From: Piromyces finnis finn
Lineage: Eukaryota; Fungi; Neocallimastigomycota
Length of the DNA stretch: 64,000 nucleotides
Direction: 5' to 3'
Assembly: GCA_002104945.1 (NCBI GenBank)
Contig: MCFH01000039.1
Location: 372,001 to 436,000 of the forward strand
Position numbers and translations under genes: made by a program. This document shows positions 13,833-24,479 of this stretch, in pieces. Numbering within the stretch: position 1 is the stretch's first letter; every line of letters starts with the position of its first letter. The notes under the pieces were generated by a model that saw only the letters and a program-made list of their open reading frames with translations, had not been told where the DNA came from and did not search any database.

Positions 13833-15330
13833 TTAAACTTTATCATCGATGTTTTTTCCAATGTTGTTATAAGAAAATGAAACAGCCCATTTTTGAGTTT
13901 CTCTAGAATCATTACATACATCACTTAATACGTATGTATAAATGGAACTGCAAATATCTAAACATAAATTTTCATTTCTAATAAAATTTGTATTCATAAT
14001 AGAATCAATAGAATCACCTTTTGAACATAAATTAATTTTCGAATTTCCATTAATAGGATCTAATTCTAAGCATAAAGTATTATTAAAAGAATTAATGCAA
14101 TGCCCTGGTTTAATTAATGGTATATACCATTTATTATAATCAGAATAATTGCAATTTTTTAATACCGGTTTTGAATATGAATTATCATTAAACTTAGACA
14201 TAAATATTTTCCCTTTTCATTTAAAATGTTTAAATTATATATCCATCCTAATTTATGATAAGAAGTTATATAATTATTATTTTGTGGTAAAGTAACATTA
14301 GTAGTCGTTGTAGGAGTTGTAGAAGTAATTATTGTTGTTGTTATTGTTGCTGAATATGACGTGACAGTATTTGTTATTTTATTTTTAACTGTTGTTATAG
14401 TTGATTCAACAGTAGCTGGTTTAGAATAAACATTTTTTGTTGAATACGAACTATTTTCATTTAAAATAGATGATAATGATGATGATGATGTTGTTGTTGT
14501 CAAAGTTTTCCCTGTCAGTGCTCAATCACCAAAATTTTGTTGACATCCTTTAAAAGGTAAACAATACTTTGAAGTAGTACCACAAACACCATCGTCAGAG
14601 CAACAATTCATTTTATTAGAATCAAGAATTTTAAAGCATTTTTTAAATCCTGCATATATGCCACATATATTTTCTAGATAAGAATTATTACAGGAGTATA
14701 CAATTCTTTTCCCGTTATTAGCGAATATATTAGGTGTTTCTTTTAATCTTTCAGTTGAATAGTATCGATCATATAAGATATCATTCTGTGATAATTCCAA
14801 AATCTTGTTTTTCAATATTTGTTGATTAAAAATTATATCTTTATTTTCAGATATAACTAAAGCTGAAATTCCTGTAACAATCGGTGCTGAATATGATGTT
14901 CCCTTAGCAAACATGTATTTATTGATTATTTTTGATCTATCATACGTACTTACAAAATCCTCACTGAAATAAGCTGCATATACAAATCCTGGTGCAAATA
15001 CGTCTGTACAATTGCAATAATTAGAAAAATTTGAAATAGTATATATATCTGATGATGATCCTTTTAAATATTCATTTTCATATAGATCTCTAATTCCGAC
15101 ACTACCAACACCAATAACATTATTAAAAAAAGAAGGGATATAACTACCTTCCTTAATACTATTCATTCGATTAAAAACACATCCATCTAATTATCATTTC
15201 CAGCATTAGCTATCTCCATTCTTTCAAGTTCTTCAATTTTACTTTTTATTGTAAAGTCATCCTTTTCTTTCTTATACCAACAAAATGACATGTTGATAAT
15301 TGTTTTATGTGGATTTATATTGTTTATGTA
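13833..15330 (-). pseudogene. Subtilase (peptidase S8) C-terminal half with chitin-binding (CBM18-like) module, Thr-rich linker and ricin-B-like region
   Basis: PHKTIINMSF, ANAGND, GTSYSAPIVTG catalytic Ser motif, CCSDDGVCGTTSKYC, LCLD..QKW; frameshifts and stops. Confidence 0.8.
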
Positions 15331-16103
15331 TGTAAAATAAGCTAAACTAAGTTCAGGTTTGTATACACTTAATAGACTAAACTAAACTTTAAATTATTTT
15401 TACTTATTATACTTTATTTATTAAATTATTTTAAATTAACTAAACTAAAACAACCGTTGATTACTTTACCGTGAAGGTTATTTTACCAGAGCCCTCACTA
15501 GGCAATCAATTTATATTTACGTAAAACTAAAATTAATAACTAAACTATTATTTTACTAATGTTAATTTATCTATACTAAATTAACCAATACGATTTTCCA
15601 GCTATCGTTTCAATAGTTGAAAAATTTTCTTTATTTATACTTTTTAAATAAATTGAATAAATTCTAATATACATGTTTTAATATTATAATTTTACATTGT
15701 TTACATTTATACATTTATTAAAAGAAATTATTTCTATTAAACTATTTAAATTCAATTTATTTACTAAAGAATTTTCTAAACTTAAAATAAAGTTTTGATT
15801 TATTTACTATATGGTTAATTATATTTCAAACATATATTTAATTTATTTATTTCTAATTTTGAGGCTTAGTTTATAAAAAAATTTTTTTATTATCTAAAAT
15901 ATTTATTGGTTAAAATTTACTTAATTTAAAATTCTATTTTATCATCAAAAACTTTATTTTATCATAAAATTAAATTTTACATAAATTTATGTTAATGTAT
16001 TGTGATATAAATTTTGTGAAAATTTACGGTACATTAATTTAATACATTATACATTATTTTAAATACGTCTTAATACATTATTCTATTAATACAATATTTT
16101 ACA
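15331..16103 (-). mobile_element. 3' LTR, family F
   Basis: Matches 5355-6123; preceded on the minus strand by PPT AAGAAGAGGGGCA and integrase end. Confidence 0.9.
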
Positions 16104-16386
16104 TGCCCCTCTTCTTAAGTCGAGCCCCTGAGCGACTTATGTTTAAGGTATTCCTGGATCATTTGAGGGTCTTCGATTTCATCTTCTCTAAGCCATGTAC
16201 TTTCTGAAGGTAACAAACTTTTCCAAACCATAAAGTAGTACTTAGTTCCATTAACAACTTTTTCACTAACAATCTTCAATGGAATTCTTCCTTCAGTAGA
16301 ATCGGTAGCAATGTTTAGAATTCTAGAAGTTGATTCATTCACTTCAACTTCTCTTTCAACATAAGTGTAACGATATCAAGTATCGT
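16104..16386 (-). pseudogene. pol: Integrase C-terminal chromodomain remnant + PPT (family F)
   Basis: YYFMVWKSLLPSESTWLREDEI. Confidence 0.85.
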
Positions 16387-17788
16387 TGATATAATTTGAT
16401 AATCTTAATTTTGAATTTTACTTCAAAAGGTGATTATTTGTAAAGATATCAAACGCCTCAGCTTGATATCTTTAATGTAACTTTAGCCACAAGTATTATT
16501 GTTTAAGTTACACAAATTATTCAGAAAAAGAAAATGAGACATAATTTATTTATTAACAATTAAAGTTTAAAACAAAATAAATTATTAATTTATTTTTAAT
16601 GTTTAACAAGTAAATTAAAATTCTCAATTTAAATCCCTAGTTTTAGTATTATTTTTTCATAGAAATAGATAAATAATATATAAATAATAAATGATTAATA
16701 TATCAATAATACATGGGCACATATTCAAATTAAATAGTACTTAATTTGAATTGCCAATTGTATTTTACTAAAAATAGTTATAGTTTAAATATTTATTTAC
16801 AATTAAGATTTTAATGTAGATTTTAAATAATAATATATTTTAAATAAATAGTTATAATATAATATAAATGTATTTAGGAAAAATATAAATAGAAGATATT
16901 TTTCATCATTTTGATCGATGTAATTGTTATTAATAAAATTTCTATTATAATAAAAGATATTTTTAATAAAACAATTTTTTATTTTATTTTAAATTTAGTG
17001 TTATTGTAATAGAATAGATATCCTAATCTATTCTTTCTGTGTCAGCATTACATTATTATATTATATCTTTAATTATAACTATATAAGTTATATGAATTAA
17101 AATTTAAAATTATTTTTATAAAAATTAATAAAATTGTTTTATTAAGACACTAAATTGTTTTATTAGAAGCACTCGTTTTTCTAATATTTAAATATTTAAA
17201 ATTTTATTTATTTAAGTATAAAAGTAATTATTAAAATTACAAAAATATTAACTGAACTATATAATATTTCTTTATTAATAATAATAATAATGATTAAAAT
17301 AAGAATATTTACATGTATTTATGTTTTCTTTTAAATTTAAACTATTTACATTAAAATAATAAAATTAATAACTATTTACAATAAAAGTAATAAAAGTAAT
17401 AATTAAAAGTTAAAGAATATAAAAAGTTGTTAGATTTACAATTAATTAAAGTAATAATTATTTTTAATGTTTTAATAAAGGTGTTTAATTATATTATTTT
17501 ATAACATGAATTATTATATTTGTTTACTTTTAAAGTGTAATTTACTAACGAAGTTATTAAATATTTAATTTAACAATTTAACAAAAGTTATATATTTTGA
17601 TCTCGATTAATTAAAGTTTATTATTTTCTTTCAATAATCAAAATATATGCAGTGTTTAGGATTAATTTTATTTAAGAATTTTGGTAAAGTACTTAATTAA
17701 ACTATAACTTATTTTAAGTTACTTTTAGGGTTAACTTAAAAATCAGGTTTAATAATAATTTTATATTTATTAATTTCATTATTTATCA
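16387..17788 (-). mobile_element. LTR, family D, interrupted by a solo LTR-A
   Basis: Diverged copy of 36516-37306; no flanking TSD. Confidence 0.9.
16439..17052 (+). mobile_element. Solo LTR, family A
   Basis: Family-A termini; TSD TTATT. Confidence 0.95.
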
Positions 17789-17795
17789 AACAAGT

Positions 17796-18924
17796 TGTAA
17801 AAGGTGTTTTTATATTATTAGTTAATAGGTTATTAATTAGTCAATTAAGTTAGTTATTACCTCTCTATACGAGTTAATAACTAAATAAAGTTTTATAAAA
17901 AATAATAAAAGAAAGAAAATAAATATTATAACACAAAAATAAATATAAGTATATATAAATATTATTATGAAATAAATTTACTTAAATAATTATTTTTTAA
18001 TTATATCTTTTATTTATTTATTTATTATAATTATAATACATTAATTATTATTATAGCTATTAATTTACTTTAATACTAACGCTAAAGTATTCAACGTTAG
18101 TTTTAACTATACTATTTAACTATATTAGTTTATTTTCTTTACCACTTGATTGGGTAAAGCAAATAAACTTCCTATTTAATTAATAACCATTAATATATGG
18201 TTATGCATATATCTGGCCATTAAATGGTGACCAGAATATATGGTTTGTTACGGATTTCACTTCAGTTAGGTCGGAATATACATATTTACCCTAAGTTTAT
18301 TAATTTAATAAATGAATAAATAAATATTTTAAATAAATAAATAGCATTTTATTAATTAACTTTATTTATTAATAAATTTTTATTTAAAGAAAAATTTTTA
18401 TTTATTAAATAGTATTATAATTAGAGTAAATATTAAATGTAATGAACTCTCGAAATTCCTAATGATAGGAATTTTCTCGAGTATTTATACTATCTCTAAT
18501 ATTAAGGAATACATTTTAAATTTAATACATGACTAATTATTTATATTAATTAACTATTCTATAAATTAATTACAAATTAATTATATATGACTTTTCACTC
18601 GTGTTAAATTTAATAATTATAAAAGTCATATTATCAATCATTTGTAGAAGGAATGATTATTTTATAATTTAGTTTTAATTTCCTTCTTAATCAAATGAAC
18701 AAAGAGATATTAATTCAAACTTTAATAAATATAAAATCTTAATAATTATAATTAATTAATATCTCTTAAAATACTATTTAATTATGTTTTATAATAAAAT
18801 ATTTCTAATTAATTAAACTAGTAAAACACTAATTAAATAAATAATCATGAATCCACTAATATTCATGACATGGTTTCAATTGAAATATTTATGGGCAAAC
18901 TTATGGCCACAAATATTTCTTACA
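17796..18924. mobile_element. Solo LTR, family E (copy 1), interrupted
   Basis: TGTAAAAGG...TCTTACA; matches 44937-45442; TSD CAAGT, right copy displaced by copy 2. Confidence 0.9.
18246..18870. mobile_element. Solo LTR, family L
   Basis: TGTTAC...ATGACA insert in LTR-E; TSD TGGTT. Confidence 0.85.
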
Positions 18925-18928
18925 CAAG

Positions 18929-19427
18929 TGTAAAAGGTTTTTTATATTATTAGTTACTAATTAGTTAATTAAGTTAGTTATTACCTCTCTATACGAGTTA
19001 ATAACTAAATAAAGTTTTATAAAAAAATAATAAAAGAAAGAAAATAAATATTATAACACTAAAATAAATATAAACACTTATATAAATATTTTATGAAATA
19101 ATTTTTACTTAAATAATTATATTTTAATTATATCTTTTATTTATTTATTATAATTATAATACATTAATTATTATTATAGCTATTAATTTACTTTAATACT
19201 AACGCTAAAGTATTTAACGTTAGTTTTAACTATACTATTTAACTATATTTAACTATATGAGTTTATTTTCTTTACCACTTGATTGGGTAAAGCAAATAAG
19301 CTTCCTATTTAATTAATAACCATTAATATATGGTTATATATATATCTGGCCAATAAATGGTGACCAGAATATATGGTTTCAATTGAAATATTTGTGGGCA
19401 AACTTATGGCCACAAATATTTCTTACA
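18929..19427. mobile_element. Solo LTR, family E (copy 2)
   Basis: Full E termini; TSD ACAAG (18924-18928 / 19428-19432). Confidence 0.9.
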
Positions 19428-19442
19428 ACAAGTAGTTAAATA

Positions 19443-19514
19443 GCTATATTGGTTCAATAGTCAACACCAGAATTATTAATTTGAATATTCTGGGTTCGAC
19501 TCAACCTGATACCA
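19443..19514 (+). promoter_or_regulatory. tRNA-like Pol III A/B-box module in a K-group LTR remnant
   Basis: A-box TGGTTCAATAG 19450, B-box GGTTCGACTC 19493, ends ATACCA; no full cloverleaf. Confidence 0.6.
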
Positions 19515-19945
19515 ATTTTATAAATAATTTTTATTGTTACAAAATATAAATACATTAATGTAGCAATTATTGTAGTTCTAGAATTTTTATCAATTAATTT
19601 AAAGAATTTAAGAATTTTCTAAAAAATTAAAAAAAATTAATTATTCTATTTTTCTATTTTTATATAATGAAATTAATTCTTAGAAATTCTAAAAATTTTT
19701 ATAAAAAGTATAAATACGAGTGAATTTTTCATCAAAAAATTTTTCTTCGTGTTTTTATTAATTAGAAATAAGTAATTTAAAATATTACAAATACTAATTA
19801 ATAAATAAAATTAATTTTCAGATTTTTATTAAGAAAAAATTATTTTCTAAAAAAACAAATTACTTATTTTAGTGTATACCTATTGTGGTAAAATTTAGTT
19901 TTTATTGATAAACTAATAATATTATTATTTATCTAATAAAAACAT

Positions 19946-20345
19946 TACAGTTTATATTACCTTCCTCTTTGATATAATCTAATGTTTATAATATGTTACT
20001 ATCTCGCAAGTCTGTAGCAATTGATATTAGTTTTTTTGCTACTCCAAAATGGAACCCATCAGCAACAGATGCTACTCTAGTTCCATGAATAGGCATTTTA
20101 ACATTATCCTTGAAAGAACAAAGTTTTCTTCTTTCATCGTCTTTTGAAAGTCTCTCGATTCTCCCATTTGAAATAATTGCGTCACAAGAAACTGTACGCT
20201 CCTGTTCATCAATACTTGATGTCGTTAAAGAAATCCAAATGATATGTATTGATACCTTTATCAATAATAAATATCAATACCTTTTCCCGATTCTTTCGGA
20301 ACATAGTATATACTATCATACAACTTAAGTTTTGTATTATTATAT
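19946..20345 (-). pseudogene. Subtilase (S8) N-terminal catalytic fragment
   Basis: IFIIDKG (Asp motif, alternative frame), HGTRVASVA (His motif), GVAKK. Confidence 0.8.
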
Positions 20346-20584
20346 AAATATTGAGAAATTAATAAAAGATGGTTATACGCATCTTTTTGTAATATTAAAA
20401 ATATATTTTCTTTTCATCTTATAATGCCCTTCTTGAAATCTTTTATTGATGCCAATATATTATTTTATTTTTTTTTGTTACCGAAAAAAAAATATCTATT
20501 AATTTTAATGAAATTAGTAGAAAGAATAAAAGATTATTGATTTTACTCTAATTAATAATTATATCAAAATAGATAGATTATTAT

Positions 20585-21563
20585 TGTAATGAATTATATT
20601 TAGTAATAAGGGTTAGATAAAAAATCATTAAGGTTAGATTAGGTTTACCAAAAAAAAATAATAATTTTTTATAACCAATCATTAGATAATTAGTTCACTT
20701 ATCACATTGTACTAAAAATTATTTTCACGTATAAAAAGGAGAAAACATGAGGGTCAATATTATCCTTTAGTGTTTTTATTAATAATAAAATTAGTTTTTT
20801 TAGTTTTTGTTAATTTGATTAATCTGATAATACACTAACCTAGCGAGTGTAAAGATATCAAACGCCACAGATTGATATCTTTAATGTAACTTAAGCCATA
20901 AACATTATTGTTTAAGTTACACAAATTATGTTACAGAAAAAAAATGAAACATAATTTATTTATTAGTAATTAAAGTTTAAAACAAAATAAATTATTAATT
21001 TATTTTTAATGTTTAACAAGTAAATTAAAATTCTCAATTCAAACCCCTAGTTTTAGTATTGTTTTATAATAGAAATATATATATAGTATATAAATAATAA
21101 ATGATTAATATATCAATAATACATGGGCACATATTCAAATTAAATAGTACTTAATTTGAATTGCCAATTGTATTTTACTAAAAATAGTTATAGTTTAAAT
21201 ATTTATTAATAATTAAAATTTTAGTGTGGATTTTAAATAATAATATAAGAAGTATATAATTATAATATAATATAAATGTATTTAGGAGAAATATAAATAG
21301 AAGATATTTTTCATCATTTTATTGATGTAATTGTTATTAATAAAATTTCTATTTAATAAAAGATATTTTTTAATAAAACAATTTTATTTTTTATTTTATT
21401 CATTTAGTGATATTGTAATAGAATAGATATCCTAATCTATTCTTTCTGTGTCAGCATTACAGCAAGTTAGTTGTATTATAATAATAAAAAATTTAGTAAA
21501 TAAAATTATAAATAAAACGTAAATTATATGTGTATGTTTTTATTATTATAGTATTTCGTTACA
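20585..21563 (+). mobile_element. 5' LTR, group K (copy K4), interrupted by solo LTR-A
   Basis: Ends GTTACA followed by PBS ATAAAAACACT and gag; left edge uncertain. Confidence 0.55.
20848..21461 (+). mobile_element. Solo LTR, family A
   Basis: Family-A termini; TSD GCGAG/GCAAG (1 mismatch). Confidence 0.92.
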
Positions 21564-21633
21564 ATAAAAACACTTTAAGAAAAAGATTGCTACCTCAGTG
21601 TTTATTTATTTGTTTACTTCTAATTTTTTTTCT

Positions 21634-21923
21634 ATGAATAACTCTGCCGACTTAAAGAACGGTTTTGACGGTAATCGTCGCTACTTGAAGGGATTCTTAG
21701 CCAAAATGGACATGTTCATAATGGTCCACCCAGAATTAGGAAGAGACGATGGAAAAAAGGTTTTCTATGTCGTTAGCCGCCTCTACGGGGATGTAATGAA
21801 CTGGGCTGCTACCTTGATTAACAACTATGTTCTTTGTTTAAAAGATTATGGAGCCTTTGTTGGGAAGTTGAAGGATGCTTTTGGTTTCCATGGCCATTCT
21901 ACCTTGATAAACCTACAAATAAT
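21634..21923 (+). pseudogene. gag: Group G/K gag, split by element A (continues 28124-28206)
   Basis: GFDGNRRYLK...NWAATL; INLQI joins IASRIGGRL after element A, matching LQTIASRIDSRL at 12.1 kb. Confidence 0.85.
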
Positions 21924-22529
21924 TGTAAAGATATCAAACGCCTCTGTTTGATATCTTTAATGTAACTTAAGCCACAAGTATTATTGTTTAAGTTACACAA
22001 ATTATATTCAGAAAAAGAAAATGAGACATAATTTATTTATTAATAATTAAAGTTTAAAACAAAATAAATTATTAGTTTATTTTTAATGTTTAACAAGTAA
22101 ATTAATATTCTCAATTTAAATCCCTAGTTTTAGTATTGTTTTTTCATAGAAATAAATAAATAATAAATGATTAATATATCAATAATACATGGGCACATAT
22201 TCAAATTGAATAGTACTTAATTTGAATTGCCAATTGTATTTTACTAAAAATAGTTATAGTTTAAATATTTATTAATAATTAAGATTTTAGTGTAGATTTT
22301 AAATAATAATATATAAGAAATAAATAGTTATAATATAATATAAATGTATTTAGGAAAAATATAAATAGAAGATATTTTTCATCATTTTATCGATGTAATT
22401 GTTATTATTAAAATTCTATTATAATAAAAGATATTTTATAAAACAATTTTTTATTTTATTTCTTCAAATTTTTGTGTTATTGTAATAGAATAGATATCCT
22501 AATCTATTCTTTCAGTGTTCAACATTACA

Positions 22530-22540
22530 ATAACAATTAC
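22530..22540 (+). promoter_or_regulatory. Self-priming PBS of element A
   Basis: ATAACAATTAC is the exact complement of LTR 22395-22405 GTAATTGTTAT. Confidence 0.85.
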
Positions 22541-22570
22541 CCAACGAAGATAGAGAATACGTTAGGGTAT

Positions 22571-22715
22571 CTACCGCCGGGTACAAAAAGCAAGAAAGAA
22601 CTTTAACTACTGGTTAGAATTGGAAACTACCGCCGAATAAGAAGAAAGAAGAAATTTTGACTACTGGTTAGAATTAGAAACTACCACCGAGTGCAAGAAG
22701 AAAGAAGAATTAACC
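22571..22715 (+). repeat. ~55-bp tandem repeat (about 2.6 units) in the 5' UTR of A
   Basis: CTACC(G/A)CCG starts at 22571, 22627, 22681; ACTACTGGTTAGAATT repeated. Confidence 0.85.
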
Positions 22716-22893
22716 AATATTAATTAGTAATACAAAACTTGTTCGACACTGCTTTGCAGAACGCGTTTGAATAACTTTTGTATTAGGATAAATTGTAGTA
22801 GTGTAATTAAAAAAAAAAAAAAAATTTAAGATTACTTACTTGAAATAGTAGTAAGAAACCATTTTAATTTTATATTATATATTATATTTTGAA

Positions 22894-24399
22894 TTGGAGG
22901 ATTTAATTAGTGAGTTTGAAAATTTAAATTTAGAAATGGGTGATAGGAATGTGGGTGTTTCCGGGAACTCGGGGAACATTATTAATGCTCCACCGACATT
23001 TTCTGGTAAACAAAGAGAATTGGATGGATTTTTAACTAGAGTGGAGTTGGTATTTCGTACTCGACCGACACTGTATAATACAGATCGAGTCAAGGTCGAC
23101 TTCGTTATATCATACTTTTCTGGTAAACCTTTGGAATGGGCTTCAGTGTTGATGAAGAATAATAGTGGGGTTTTAAACCATTATGATGAATTTGTAGATA
23201 GGTTGAAGGCTAATTTTGGCAGTTATAGATACGATACCGTTGTAGCTAACGGTAAATTAGATAATCTTCGCCAAAGGAAACTTGGTCAGGTATTAGATTA
23301 CATTACCGAGTTTCAACGTATTAGCCAAAATTCAAGCTTTAATGATAGCGCAAAAATCTACATGTTTCTGAAAGGTTTATTACCACCACTTAGGGAGAAG
23401 TTGGCTTTCATTGAATCAAACCCAACTTCAATTGAACAATTGATTTCTTCAACTATTTTAGTTGAAGATATGATGAAAAGGAATTCTTTAAGTGAATTTT
23501 ATTTTAATGGTAGAAGGGCTAATGATCCTATGGATGTGGATGTATTTAAAATTAGTAGAGAGAATAAACGAAAAAGGTATGTGAATATTCAAGGATCAAG
23601 TAAAAATTACAATGAAAACATAGATAACTTTGAAGAAGAAAAGAAAAAAGGGTTATGTTTTCTTTGTAAACAACCGGGACATTTAAAATTTAATTGTCCT
23701 AATAGAGTAAAGCCCAGAAAAGTGTTAAGAATTGTTAAAGAAAGGACTCCAAAAATTGTTAATCCAAAAATTTACAAAGTTGGAGTCAAGGGAGTGAAAA
23801 GTGATTTAAACCTTGTGGATTTTTACTTGAGTACCAATGAAGTTTCGGAAGTTAAAATTAAGGTTTTAATTGATTCCGGTTCTGAATTAAATTTCATTAA
23901 TCCAAGTCTTGCTGAAGACCTTGGTATTAATTTGGAAAAAGTAGAACCATTCCGTGTATCTGGTGTTAGTGATGGAGTTGTTAGTGTTTGGGAAAGGACT
24001 GAGAAGTGCATGCTCCGTTGCAAAAATCACTTCGAAGTAATTCAACTTTATGGATTACAAGTCCCCGGTGTTGATGTTATTCTTGGTTTGCCGTGGATAA
24101 AGAAGCATAATCCAAATGCTTTCTACGACTCTAAGAAAATCGCTTTTAGTTCTGGTTATTGTGCCAGACATTGTAATAAAGGCAAAAGAAAGAGAAAACC
24201 AAGAAAGAAGTCAAAGAATGATCAGTTAGATCATGATGTTCTCGACCGAAGCTTGACCAAAAAGCCGAAAGTAGATCCCTCTGTCCCAAACAATGAAGAA
24301 AAAGAATATGTTAAAGGCCGCCTTGTTAGAACCATCAATGATGAAGATGATAGTGATGATGAATATATTAGTTTTAATAAAAAGTCAAATGTATTGTAA
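22894..24399 (+). CDS. gag: Gag-protease of element A
   Basis: PPTFSGK, DPMDVD, CFLCKQPGHLKFNC, VLIDSGS, YCARHC; TTG start, first ATG 22936. Confidence 0.92.
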   Translation: MEDLISEFENLNLEMGDRNVGVSGNSGNIINAPPTFSGKQRELDGFLTRVELVFRTRPTLYNTDRVKVDFVISYFSGKPLEWASVLMKNNSGVLNHYDEFVDRLKANFGSYRYDTVVANGKLDNLRQRKLGQVLDYITEFQRISQNSSFNDSAKIYMFLKGLLPPLREKLAFIESNPTSIEQLISSTILVEDMMKRNSLSEFYFNGRRANDPMDVDVFKISRENKRKRYVNIQGSSKNYNENIDNFEEEKKKGLCFLCKQPGHLKFNCPNRVKPRKVLRIVKERTPKIVNPKIYKVGVKGVKSDLNLVDFYLSTNEVSEVKIKVLIDSGSELNFINPSLAEDLGINLEKVEPFRVSGVSDGVVSVWERTEKCMLRCKNHFEVIQLYGLQVPGVDVILGLPWIKKHNPNAFYDSKKIAFSSGYCARHCNKGKRKRKPRKKSKNDQLDHDVLDRSLTKKPKVDPSVPNNEEKEYVKGRLVRTINDEDDSDDEYISFNKKSNVL

Positions 24400-24479
24400 C
24401 AAAAATTAATGAAACATGTAATAATGATAATGAATCATGTAGTAATAATAATAATGGAAAAGATATTAATAAAGATAAA

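Noticed and set aside
22571-22715. CRISPR-like array
   Set aside because: Head-to-tail tandem repeat without unique spacers, in an eukaryotic retroelement leader
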